The notes under the pieces are model-generated. The model was given only the letters and a program-made list of their open reading frames with translations, searched no databases and had not been told where the DNA came from. Below are positions 1 to 11,072 of a DNA stretch of 64,000 nt, in pieces. A program made the position numbers and the translations under genes. This stretch comes from Isurus oxyrinchus. Lineage: Eukaryota. The stretch's first letter is position 1. Each line of letters begins with the position of its first letter. Location: contig JANJGN010000152.1 of NCBI GenBank assembly GCA_026770705.1, positions 930,001 to 994,000 of the forward strand, given 5' to 3'.

Positions 1-301
1 TGCCACAACGATCCCACAATTACTCTATTGCCACCTCCAATAGAACAAGTCTTACTGGAAGCGACCGTGACCTTAACCTGCATCGTTTCTAATGCTCCTT
101 ATGGAGTCCTCGTGTCCTGGACACAAGAGAAGAAGCCTTTGAAATCAGAAATCGCGGTCCAACCAGGAGAGGATCCCGACAGCGTGGTCAGCAACGTAAA
201 CATCTCGACACAAGCCTGGCTGAGTGGGGCTGAGTTCTACTGCGTGGTGAGCCATCAGGATCTGCCGACTCCTTTAAGAAGTTCCATCCACAAGGAACCA
301 G
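1..301 (+). CDS. IGHM: IgM heavy chain CH3 exon (5' boundary at or before window start)
   Basis: Frame 1 reads [27 protein letters not shown]...VSW...[24 protein letters not shown], a C1-set Ig domain with both Cys and the Trp. Phase-1 donor G|GTGAG at 302. Confidence 0.95.
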
Positions 302-499
302 GTGAGCGGTGAGATTGAAGCAATAAATTGTTCGATGTGTCTATTTCCAGTGTAAGTGTAAGGATCAATATTTACTATTCATTGTATTCATGCTCTACTC
401 TGATTAGCAATTTCGCCAACTAAATGCCCTGGGCCTGTGAAATTTCAGGGGGAAATTGATAAGTAGATGAATGAAAAATGAATTGAAGGTTGTGCCATT

Positions 500-600
500 G
501 GGTTTAGATGAAGCAAGATGGGAGGAGCCTGGTGCGAAGCTAAAACACCAACATGGACCAGTTGGGCAGAATGGCCTGTTTCTGTGCTGTAAACTTTGAG
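500..600 (+). mobile_element. CR1 LINE 3' terminal fragment in CH3-CH4 intron
   Basis: gggcagaatggcctgtttctgtgctgta matches the CR1 3' ends seen at 10900, 33410 and 34490. Confidence 0.6.
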
Positions 601-684
601 CAACTTTCTCGTCCAACCCCAGGGAAAAGGATTGTGCCACATCTGCTCCAAGCTGGAAAGCCGGACAGATCCCAAAGTATTTTA

Positions 685-885
685 TTTATTAATTCATGGG
701 ATGTGGGCGTCGCTGGCTGGGCCAGAGTTATTGCCCATCCCTAATTGCCCTTGACAAGGTGTTGGTGAGCTGCCTTCTTGAACCGCTGCAGTCCATGTGG
801 TGTAGATACACCCACAGTGCTGTTAGGGAGGGTGTTCCAGGATTTTGATTCAGCTATAGTGAAGAATCGGTGATATATTTCCTAG
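685..885 (-). mobile_element. 3' fragment of the tRNA-headed LINE family
   Basis: Reverse complement of the 3' ends at 20300-20490 and 44770-44970. Confidence 0.8.
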
Positions 886-1005
886 AAGTGGATAATGAAA
901 AACCTTAATATTCATCACAAAACACGTTTCTCTCACATCTAACCAGCCGTTTCATTGTCTACGAAAGTATCCAGCTTATTGACATTTATTGTACATTTTC
1001 TGCAG

Positions 1006-1397
1006 TTAAAGACCCGCGGGAACCGTCCGTGTCTGTCCTCCTGCCCTCGGCAGAAGATGTCTCCGCTCAGAGGTCCGTCTCCCTCAGCTGCTTAGTGAGA
1101 GGTTTCTCCCCCCGAGAGATCTTCGTCAAGTGGACCGTCAATGACAAGCCGGTGGCTCCCGGAAACTACAAGAACACCGAGGTAGTGGCAGAGAATGGCA
1201 ATCGCTCCTTCTTCATGTACAGCCTGTTATCCATTGCAGCGGAGGAGTGGGCCAGCGGCGCTTCTTACTCCTGTGTGGTGGGACATGAAGCGATCCCCTT
1301 GAAGATCATCAACAGAACGGTTGATAAATCCAGCGGTAAACCGAGTTTTGTGAACATTTCCCTTGCACTGATGGACACCGTTAATTCATGTCAATGA
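1006..1397 (+). CDS. IGHM: IgM heavy chain CH4 exon plus secretory tailpiece
   Basis: Acceptor ttttctgcAG ends at 1005. Reads (V)[12 protein letters not shown]...[17 protein letters not shown]...[23 protein letters not shown], then tailpiece [20 protein letters not shown] with an NIS glycan site and penultimate Cys. Internal donor G|GTAAAC at 1336 serves the membrane form. Confidence 0.96.
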
Positions 1398-1424
1398 GAA
1401 TCTCTCGGTGCCATTTCAAACTAC

Positions 1425-1440
1425 AATAAAAAATAATAAA
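1425..1440 (+). terminator. Secretory-form poly(A) signals
   Basis: AATAAA at 1425-1430 and 1435-1440, about 30 nt after the stop, followed by GT/T-rich sequence. Confidence 0.85.
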
Positions 1441-1829
1441 GTCCTTTTCTCCAATCGTGATTTAAATGCACAATCGTTTAATTAATGTTGTTTTCCACTT
1501 TTGATCATTTTAGACGTGTTTTGTTAAAATCGGATACTCACAGGGCTCAGACCCAAGTCTTGTACATCCAGTGCTCCCAGCTCAGATACACTCTGGGTTA
1601 AAGACAGAGTAAAGCTCATTCATTGCAGGATTCTGCAAAATAACTTCACCAGCTCTCCTCCCGCTGAGGAGAAATCTGACAATTTCTCATTTCTGAGAAA
1701 ACAAACACAGCACATTTAGATCTCGGTGTTCCTGCCTCTTTTGTCGTCCATCCCTTTAAAATAGATGCCAGCTTTAAGCTTCTGCATCATACTCACTGGG
1801 AACTGAAGTGAGGGTCACACAGAAATATG

Positions 1830-2390
1830 TCCCAACAATCCCCCACCAGAGAGAGGGGGAAGGGAAATTGTTACCCCACTGCACCTCCACCTCCCCAACA
1901 GAGAGAGGGAGAGTGGAAATTGTTAACCCACTGTACCTCCACCTCCTCAACAGAGAGAGGGGGAGTGGAAATTGCTAACCCACTGTACCCCGACTTCTCC
2001 AACAGAGAGAGGGGAGGGGAAATTGTTAACCCACTGTACCTCGACTTCTCCAACAGAGAGAGGGGAGGGGAAATTGTTAACCCAATGTACCCCCACTTCC
2101 CCAACAGAGAGAGGGGAAGGGGACATTGTTAAACCACTGCACCTTCACTTCCACAACAACAGGTGGGGGGGGGAATTATTTAACCACTGTACCCCCACTT
2201 TCCCAACAGAGAGAAGGGAAGGCAAACTGGTAACCCACTGTACCTCCACTTACCCAGCAGAGAAAACTGAAAGGAAAATTTTAAGCCAATTTTACCTCCA
2301 CTTGCTAAACAAAAAGACGAGGAAGGTCATCGGCTAACCCGGTGTGTCTCCACCTTCTCAGCAGAGAGAACCGAAAGGGAAATTGCTTAG
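1830..2390. repeat. Minisatellite, 51-52 bp unit, about 10 copies degenerating 3'
   Basis: Unit cccactgtacc(c/t)c(g/c)acttctccaacagagagaggggaggggaaattgttaa recurs at 1877, 1929, 1981, 2032, 2083 and onward. Confidence 0.9.
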
Positions 2391-2884
2391 ACAACCAGAC
2401 AGAGCAAAACTATTAACTCACTGGACACTCAGGCCCCGAGCAGAGAATCTGGAAGAGAATGGGTCTCTACTATAAAGACTCAGTTACCAACAGTCTAAGT
2501 CAGCTTCTAGCTTACTGGCCAAGATTTTAAACTCCCATCATGCTTTGGATGTTGTAAAAACATCTATTTATGCAACATAACTTGAAGATGTTTTAACACT
2601 CTTGTCCCTGTTAAGCTTATGCTAAGATTGATTTCCCATCATCCAAATCTAAATTGGTGATTGAATCGTCCTTGGGTTGTTCAAGGTTCTGTCCCTGAAT
2701 TTTTATTAGGCACATGGTTGATTGTTTGCATTCGTTCATCTGATATCACCTTGCATCTCACAGAAAACATGTTTATACACAGAACATTGAAAATATTCAC
2801 CAAATTTTTCACCATCAAGTTCAGACTCGATCATTGGTACCTGGTGAAATTTGGAAAAATAGTAAAAATACACACAACTGATAC

Positions 2885-3910
2885 AAATTGACAGACACAA
2901 ACATGCGTACACACACACACAGGCACAGACACACAGACACAAACACACACAGGTACAAGCAGACACATGTACACCCACACATGCGCACCCACACAAACAC
3001 AGGCAGAAACACATAGACAAATACACACGCACAAACACACACATTCATAAATACACACACACAATCACACACATACAGAAATATACACACAGACACACTC
3101 GCTCACACACATATACACTATCACACACACACAAACAGATAAAACCAGACAAGCAGACTCATACAAGGATACAAAGCACAAATGTAACTTTTCGCATATG
3201 CATTATCACACGTTCACAATGACAGAAATACAGACAGAAAGACACACACTATCGTACACATTAAAACAATGCATGGACATACATTAACACATGCACACAC
3301 ATGAGCAGACGACACCCAGATACAAAAACACAGAGGAACCGACTAACACATTCACAGACACCCATGTGGACACAAACATGAACATACTCATACACACTAG
3401 AACACAAAAAACACACGTTGGTACATATGAAAACATAAACACGCATTGATACATAGTTCTAAATATCAATCAACACACAAATGCACACATTAAAAACTAT
3501 ATCTCTCTCTTGCTGTGTCTTACACACACACACACACACACACACATACACACATACACACACACAGACCCTGTGACACAGACTTTAATATGCTGACACA
3601 CAGTGGAACACAAAAAGAAACATTAACGCTCATATTAGCAGGCAGGAACGCTGAAACACACATTAACACAGACAGTAATAAGTCAACATAGACATCATTA
3701 CACAAACACGCACAATAACACACTCATACATACACATTGGCAGAAAAACCAAATATACGTACAGACGCAGACTCAAAAATACACAAATCAGCACTCATTG
3801 GCACATGAACACACACATTAACACACATTAACACCGATGGACACACAAACAAACAGTAATGCAAAGCGCGAGATACTGATGCACACACATACAAAAGCTA
3901 AAGCACAACA
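2885..3910. repeat. CA-rich low-complexity tract including pure (CA)n
   Basis: About 1 kb of degenerate CA repeats, with a pure run at 3522-3545. Confidence 0.9.
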
Positions 3911-4452
3911 CAGAGGCCAGGCTATTGAATAAAGTATAATTCAAATGTACTTTTTTAATGGGCATATCCTCCGGCAATTGTCTCTATTACATAATAACCC
4001 AATAAACACACTGAAACAATGCTCTTACTGAGAAACTGATTTAAATTAATGATGCACCAAACATTCCCATATCACAAATAGACAATCAAGATGGGAACTC
4101 ACATCCGAGCTTTTAAAAAGCAACGTTCACAGTTTCCAAATAAGTAGCTCAGTGAATCTTTCCCGATACCCATCATAATATTCTCCAATAATAGATCATA
4201 CGAAATTGTTCGAAAATAACCTGATACTGGAGAAAATTTGCAATTTTTTCCGACATGGACTGTACAAAGATTGTAAAGGGAGAACAGCTGTGGAGATAGT
4301 TACAGAGATGGGTTACTGAGTGTCCCTTAATAGTAGATATACATTGAACATTGAATACATTAATAACTTATGAAAGAGTAAAGGAATTTTTTTAAATGAT
4401 ACCCTAGATTAATAAACAACCTAATTATATTTCCTCGGCTATATCCCCGTAG

Positions 4453-4580
4453 ATTCCACAGACCGCATCTGGATTGAAGACTCTGAGGATGATAACGGCA
4501 ACATCTGGACAACCGCTTCCACATTCATCATCCTATTCTTCCTGAGCATTTTCTACAGCACTGCCGTCACTCTGGCAAAG
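4453..4580 (+). CDS. IGHM: IgM membrane exon TM1
   Basis: Acceptor cccgtAG at 4451-4452. Reads (D)STDRIWIEDSEDDNGNIWTTASTFIILFFLSIFYSTAVTLAK, an acidic spacer plus the conserved antigen-receptor TM motif. Donor GTGAG at 4581; phase matches the CH4 internal donor. Confidence 0.93.
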
Positions 4581-4718
4581 GTGAGAAGATTCAATCCACT
4601 CACACTTCAAACTGACAGAAGCGGTTTGAAAAATCTCTCAATGTTTCATTGATTAGAACTCTAACATAAATGTCCCAGATTATAAACATCTGCTTCATTA
4701 TTTCATCCTCTTTTACAG

Positions 4719-4727
4719 ATCAAGTGA
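4719..4727 (+). CDS. IGHM: IgM membrane exon TM2 (I-K-stop)
   Basis: ttttacAG|ATC AAG TGA, giving cytoplasmic tail K-I-K. Confidence 0.85.
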   Translation: MK

Positions 4728-5141
4728 CCGATTGAATTTTGGACACCGTAGATTTTCCTCAGCTCTTTATTGAGACCTCTGTATTCCGAATTTAAAATAT
4801 ATCCTCTCGGTGACTGTAAAAATGAAATACCTTCAGTTTATGTTTCCGAATTGTAACTGAGACAATTATGAACGGTATTTCCGTTTCTCTGTTTCAAATG
4901 TGCGAGATAATTATGATTCATTGCAACAGCAGCTTATAATTTCCCAGTAGTTTGAATTCCCTGTGTAAATAAGTAACTTTTCTCATTCCTCATTCACAAT
5001 TAATCCCTGCCCTTGATATTGAGCTCCTGTTTTCTCTTTCTGGTGTCTGTTACAGTTGTACACAAAGTTGGCAGCTCAGAGCGAATGTGCTCTGTTCTCA
5101 ATGTGACTCTCAGTCATTATATTCACTTCAGTTAACTTTAA

Positions 5142-5183
5142 AATAAACTTTTCTGTAAAATGTTCCCTGAAATTGTTAATAAA
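5142..5183 (+). terminator. Membrane-form poly(A) signals
   Basis: AATAAA at 5142-5147 and 5178-5183 downstream of TM2. Confidence 0.65.
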
Positions 5184-5309
5184 TCATGAATGTGAAACGA
5201 ACTGACTTTGCTGAACTCCTTTCTCTCAGACCCATCGACATCGCTCCATTTTCCCTATTACACTGTTTTCCCCCCTTTCCCAGGCAGGCATTTTTAACCA
5301 GACTTGTCT

Positions 5310-5420
5310 GGGATCTGAAACAAAAACAGAAAATGTTGGAAAAACTCAGCAGGTCTCACAGCATCTGTGGAGACAAAAAACTGAGTTTACGTTTCGAGTC
5401 CTCATGACTTCTTCAGAGCC
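5310..5420. mobile_element. Penelope-like terminal repeat fragment
   Basis: ggaaaaactcagcaggtct..cagcatctgtggaga..cgtttcgagtc motif shared with 7460, 8765, 21410, 45180 and 46385. Confidence 0.65.
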
Positions 5421-5739
5421 CGAGATCCTTCAGTGAAAGAGTCACCGCGCCACCCAGCGACCCATCGGTGTTAATACACCTTTACCTCTGCCTTTTTATG
5501 GCAAATTCCAGAGGCAAAATGATTGCACAGCGAGGAGAATCTCGGTGATTTCACTCATACTCAGGCCTGTCACAGTCACATGTCAGGTAATTGTAAACAG
5601 CAGGGGCTGTTCATCAGAGGCCCATACAGGACAGTATATGGAGGATGAAAGTTTCCTTTACACTGTCCCATTAATCACTCCCAGCGTCGGTGCAGCAGGG
5701 TTTAGATAGAGAGAAAAAGTTTTGTTTTTCCCTCTTTAT

Positions 5740-6060
5740 CCTTTCATGAGATACGGGTGTGGCTGGCAAGGCTGCTCTGAACAGTCCGCCTTCCGAGGCC
5801 ATTTCAGAGGGCAGTTAACTGTCAACCGCATTGCCGTGGACCTGGAATCACATGTCGGCCAGGCCAGATGAAGATGACAGATTTCCTCGAAAGGACTTGA
5901 GTGCAGCAGATGGGTTTTTACGACAATCGGTGATAGTTGTCATGGTCACCATCACTGAGGCCAGTTTTCAATTCCAGATTTTATTAATTGAACTCACATT
6001 CCAGCAGCTGCCATGTTGGGATTTGAACCCCAGCCCCGAGAGCATTCGCCTGGACTCTCT
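5740..6060 (-). mobile_element. tRNA-headed SINE (short form of tRNA-headed LINE family)
   Basis: Reverse complement has B-box ggttcaaatccc, body ...ggaaatctgtcatc...ttaactgccctctgaaatggcc and a LINE-type tail. Homologous to 22015-22335 and 20078-20700. Confidence 0.75.
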
Positions 6061-6386
6061 CTACCTTGTCCAATTAAACACTCACAAGGCAGAACGTCAC
6101 AGGCCGCCTTCTCAAGTCTATTAGGGATGGGCAATAAATGCTGGCCCAGACAGCCACACCCGCATTGCATAAACGAATAACAAAAAAATACATATATACT
6201 ACAGACGGTACAGTTGATACAAACCATTGGATGATTCCTAGAGACTAGGGCCGATCTGACACAGAAACATTATCGAAGAGTAATTCTGCAAAATTATTAC
6301 TACAGTTTGGGGCTTATCAGGGACACCAGGGAGCACAAATCGTGGAAATTCCCAGGCCCTGCGGCCTGCCCGACGCAACAAACAAA

Positions 6387-6825
6387 TGAACTCACTAAGC
6401 ATCGCCCCAGGGATCCTCTCTTCCTGTTCCATTCCATCTGACACCATTCTCCTGGACTCACTGAGCATCACCCCAGGGATCCTCTCTCCCTGCTCCATTC
6501 CCTCTGATACCATCCTCCTGAACTCACTGAACATCGCCCCAGGGATCCTCTCTCCCGGCTTCATTCTCTCTGATACCATCCTCCTGAACATCGCCCCAGG
6601 GCTCCTCTCTCCCGGCTCCATTCCCTCTGATACCATCCTCCTGAACTCACCGAACATCACCCCAGGGATCCTCTCTCCCGGCTCCATTCCCTCTGATACC
6701 ATCCTCCTGAACATCGCCCCAGGGCTCCTCTCTCCCGGCTCCATTCCCTCTGATACCATCCTCCTGAACTCGCTGAACTTCGCCCCAGGGATCCTCCCTT
6801 CCTGCTCCATTCCCTCTGATACCAG
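6387..6825. repeat. Tandem repeat with 66/57 bp units
   Basis: atc(g/a)ccccaggg(a/c)tcctctc starts at 6401, 6467, 6533, 6590, 6656, 6713 and 6779. Confidence 0.92.
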
Positions 6826-6948
6826 CTCTGATGGGAAGCTTCAACTCTCACTCCACTGATTCTGGCAGAGGCTGTTATGCATTTTCAGTTTTAAACCAAT
6901 AAAAAGAACTCTCTGTTTAAGCAGTGTGACATGAGCAAAGAACCCTCA

Positions 6949-7020
6949 TTCCCAAACCAGAAATGTAATCCGGGCCGCAGCGTTGAAAGGGCTGAATTCT
7001 AACCACATGGTCACCAGGGA
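6949..7020 (-). pseudogene. tRNA-Glu(TTC) pseudogene
   Basis: RC tccctggtgaccatgtggttagaattcagccc-TTC-aacgctgcggcccggattacatttctggtttgggaa aligns over 72 nt to vertebrate tRNA-Glu. T-loop/B-box is degraded. Confidence 0.8.
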
Positions 7021-7454
7021 CATTATCCTTGTGTTTTGATAAATGATACTTTTGCCTTTTATTTTCATTTCAGACTGCTTTATCCAGAGACAAAATGGCC
7101 TATTCAGGTAACTAAACAACCATTGCCATTGGCTGGAACATGAAATTGACAGTGTGGTGAAATAGTGCCAAAAGCGGTGAATTGCAAAATTCAATTTTCA
7201 AAACCCACCAATCTAATCACTGCAGCTCCTGTGCAACTTGCAAGGCAACACACGACAGACATTCATCACTGTAAGTAATTGACCGACATAAAAGTTTTCC
7301 ACTTTCATGTTACATCTTCTAACTCCTAACCTCCACCTCAGTCATTTCCAGTTCTATTTAATACCCACGTGGAACTTTAACTCTGCTCCTCGTTCCACAG
7401 ATTTTGGCCGACTTGCTATGCATTTTATATTATAATAAAGCCAGGAATTTGTGC

Positions 7455-8350
7455 TCTAATAAAAACAGGGGTGCTGAAGTTCCCAGCAGGTCTGGCAGCA
7501 TCTGTAGAGACAGAAACATGTTGAATGTTTTCAGGCCATGTGGCTCTTCTTCAGAACTGAAGGGAGATAGAAATGTGATGGATTTTATGCTACTGACGGG
7601 GCGGGGTGGGGGTGGGGGGGGGCGGTTTAGAAAATGGAGCAAAAATGTTCAGGGATAGGTTGGAGATCTGGAGAGATTAAATGACAAAGATATCATGGAA
7701 CACAAGTCAAAGGCAAAGGGAATGATATTATTAATTATGAAAGCAGGTGTTAATATTTAGACAAAGGTCAGCACTGACTGGAAGCAAAATAGCAGAATGT
7801 GTTAATAGCAGAAAAAGGGTCGGCGCTGTCTGAAAGCAAAACATGAGAACAAGATGCAAACTGGCACTTGGGGGTTGGGAGGCTGCAGGGAAATTAAAAT
7901 GGAGGATGGAGTTCATGGTGTGAATCTGTTGACCTCAATGTTGAGTCCAGAAGGCTGTAGAGTGCCTATTGAGAAGATGAGGTGCTGTTCCTCCAGTTTG
8001 CATTGAGCTTCACTGGAACATTGTAGAAAGCTGAGGACAGAAATGTGAGTGTGAGCCAGATGGTGATGGGCAGGTCTGGGTTATGCTTGTGGACTGAGTG
8101 AAAGTGTTCCACAAAGCGGACAGTCAGTCTGTGTTTACTCTCCCCAGTGTAGAGGAGACCACCTTGAGGGCAGTGAATGCAGCAGCCTGAATTGCATGAA
8201 GTGCAAATAAATCTCTGCTTCATCTGGAAGGAGAGTTTGGGATCTTGGAGGGAGGCGGGAGGAGGTAAAGGGGCAGGTGTTACACCTCCTGCAATTGCAT
8301 GGGAAGGTGCCGTGGGAAGGGGATGAGATGTTGGGGGTGATAGTGTTTTT
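7455..8350 (-). mobile_element. Penelope-like element 3' portion with GIY-YIG endonuclease remnant
   Basis: ORF 7966-8469 contains FICTSCN..CIHCPQGGLLYTGESKHRLTVRFVEH, a PLE GIY-YIG pattern. The PLE terminal repeat is at 7455-7560. Confidence 0.8.
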
Positions 8351-8391
8351 TGGATCAGAAATTGGTTTCTGGTTGTGATATTTTGCACAAC

Positions 8392-8456
8392 AGCGAGACC
8401 GGGAATCAAACCTGGGCGATGAAAGCACTGAATCCTAACCACCAGGTCACCAGGGT
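8392..8456 (-). pseudogene. tRNA-Glu(TTC) pseudogene with internal deletion
   Basis: RC accctggtgacctggtggttaggattcagtgc-tTTCa-tcgcccaggtttgattcccggtc; variable-arm region deleted. Confidence 0.75.
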
Positions 8457-8759
8457 GCTTGTGAATCATCCTGTTTAGAGAATTCAGCTGTCAACCAGAA
8501 CATTGGTGGTTTGACACCATCTAGGGCCAGTAGATTCTCTCTATTCCTGCTTCTACTTATATTACAGACACAGTTCTGCTTTTAGTCTTTTGGTTACAAG
8601 GAAATGTTGCCCTAACTTTTCCAGCCCTGCTGTTATCCAGTAAGTTCCCAGGCAAATAGTTATATGAATTTTTATTTCAAAGAAAATTAGATAAATTAGA
8701 GCAAACATGTGCATAACATCCAACTCGTTGGGTTCAAAGCAACAAATATAAATTGATAC

Positions 8760-8850
8760 AGAAACAAAAATAGCTGGAAAAACTCAGCGGGTCTGACAGC
8801 ATCTGCGGAGAGGAACACAGTTGACGTTTCGAGTCCGGATGACTCTTTGA
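8760..8850. mobile_element. Penelope-like terminal repeat fragment
   Basis: Same motif as 46385-46480. Confidence 0.7.
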
Positions 8851-9026
8851 ATAGACTCTCAAATAGAAATTGATTCTGTGATTGCACATATAGAACTGGA
8901 ACAGACCATCGCACCGAGTGAATCCATTGTCTGTTTACATGTTGCTCAGTGAAAATCTCAATCATCCTTGACTTTGTGGCATTCGGGTACTGAATCGGTA
9001 AGCAGTCTATACTCAAAAGGCATGTG

Positions 9027-9830
9027 AACATACGAATTAGGAGCAGGATTAGGCCACTCGGCCCTTCAAGCCTGTTCAGCCATTTAATAAGATCATGGCT
9101 GATCTGTTTCTAACTTCCGACCAATCCCCATGAATCTTTCAGCCTCTTGTTAAATATACCTATCTCTGCCTTAAAAAGATTCAAAGACTCTGCTTCCACT
9201 TACGACACTCTGAGAGAAAAAGAATTCTCTCATCTCTGTCTTAAATGAGCGAACCCCAATTTTTAAACAGTGACACCTATTTCCAGATTCTCCCACAAGA
9301 GGAAAGATCCTCTTCACACACACCCTGTCAAAACCCCTCAGAATCTGAAAGATTTCGATCAAGTCACCTCTTAGCTTTCTAAATTCCAGCAGATACAGGC
9401 CTAGCCTGTCCACCCTTTCCTCATGAGACAGCCCGCCTATCCTTGATATTAGTCCAGTAAGCCTTCCCTGAATGACTTCTAATGCATTTACATCTTTCCT
9501 TAAATAAGGAGGCCAACACTCTCCACAGTACTCCAGATATGGTCATACCGGTGTCCTGTACAACTGAACTATAACCTCCTTACTTCAATTCCCCTCACAG
9601 TGAATGATAACGTTCAATCAGCTTTCCTAATTACTTGTTGTGCCTAAATAGTTCCACTTATTTATCAAATTTTTTCAGACCTCCTGAATAGCTATGCACA
9701 TGTGGAAATTATTCTCTCATGTTCCATCCCTGTTACCCTGACATGTCTAAATCTCTTCACAGCCGATATACTCCTCTGTATCCTCCTCACAGCTTACATT
9801 TGCATCGTTTTCATCAACTAATTTTTGTCT
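9027..9830 (-). mobile_element. CR1 LINE 3' fragment
   Basis: ORF 9171-9413 DRLGLYLLEFRKLRGDLIEIFQIL...FFSQ is the CR1 ORF2 C-terminus. Confidence 0.85.
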
Positions 9831-10564
9831 ACATGCACCAGCGAGGGTCGAACTCAGCACCCGATTTGGTAAATCCACTGTTTTAACCACTGGGTTGCCC
9901 CAACGCAGTAAAGGTCCTCTTGCAACTTTTAAAACTACTATTATTCTCTGTACCATTTACCATGAAGACACATAACTAAAGTGAATAAAGTTTCCGATGG
10001 TAAAAATGCGTTTATCCCTCTCAGGGAACTAAACCACATTGACACACGCAGAGGAACACACACACACACACACACACCGATAGTGACAGCTGTCTAAGGA
10101 AAGAAAAATGTCCAGAAAGCAAGGATGTCACCAGATTGGCTCCGTTTTTGTTCCATTTCCAACTGCAAATTTGGTGAATGCCTGCGGATGAACAGAAATG
10201 AAAAATACTGGGAAGCGTTTGAAATATTTTTTTAATAGATAATTAATTCTGTAACTCATTCTTAAAGCAGGAACAGTGAGAAATGTAAACTATTAAATGT
10301 AGTTTGCAGGTTCAATATGTAGGATTTGAACTTGTATCAGGGAACATAAAATGGTTTCAAGCCCATTACATAAGCAACTCAGCTCCATCCATTGCTGCCA
10401 TCTACCTTTTAATGCTTTGTACATAAAGCGACAGAGTGGTTACAGCTGAGAATGAAGACATGTAGCCCCATCTATTCCTGGCTGCCCTGCAATTTCTGCT
10501 GTCTCTCCTCGATCTTTCCTCCAGAATGGAGCACTGTACACTGAACGTGCACAGGAACACACAT

Positions 10565-10945
10565 GTGATTGAGGTGCATAAAATTATATGGGGTATAGGT
10601 AGGGTAGACAGGAAGGAGCTTTTCCCCTTAGTGGAGGGATCAATAACCAGGGGGCGTAGATTTAAGACAAGGGGCAAAAGGTTTAGAGGGGATGCAAGGA
10701 AGAATTTTTTCACCCAGAGGGTGGTGGGAATCTGGAACACACTGCCTGAAAGAGTGGTAGAGCCAGAAACCCTCAAAACGTTAAAGAAGTATTTGTATGT
10801 GCACTTGCGATGCCATGGTATACAAGGCTATGGGCCTAGTGCTGGAAAATGGGATTAGAATATTTAGGCACTTGTTTGACGGGCACAGACTCGATGGGCC
10901 GAAGGGCCTTTTTCTGTGCTATAGGCCTCTATGACTCTATAACTG
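10565..10945 (+). mobile_element. CR1 LINE 3' fragment
   Basis: IEVHKII..GRVDRKELFPL..TRG..FFTQRVVGIWNTLP, followed by a ctctatgactctat tail. Confidence 0.9.
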
Positions 10946-10990
10946 AAAGGTTTGGCAAAATTGATTGAAAATATGAACTGTCTGAAACTC

Positions 10991-11072
10991 TGACAATGGA
11001 GAGATTTGAACCCACGCTTCCACAAAAAGTAGAACCTAACTCCAGCATCTTGGACCACTCGGCCACGCAACC
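10991..11072 (-). pseudogene. tRNA-Leu(TAG) pseudogene
   Basis: RC ggttgcgtggccgagtggtccaagatgctggagt-TAG-gttctac...gcgtgggttcaaatctctccattgtca: 82 nt with a long variable arm and several stem mismatches. Confidence 0.8.

Noticed and set aside
1830-2390. CRISPR-like or class-switch region
   Set aside because: There are no unique spacers, it lies 3' of CH4, and it lacks AGCT-rich switch motifs.
1827-3723. ORFs rich in PTERG or CVCV
   Set aside because: Translations of the minisatellite and the CA-rich tract within an IgM intron.
5560-5660. Possible IgH 3' enhancer (cacatg, tgtaaaca, gaaagtttccc)
   Set aside because: The motifs are short or imperfect, there is no octamer, and part overlaps a repeat.
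6238-6859. 190-aa and 157-aa repetitive ORFs
   Set aside because: By-products of the 66/57 bp (multiple-of-3) tandem repeat, open on both strands, with no gene context.
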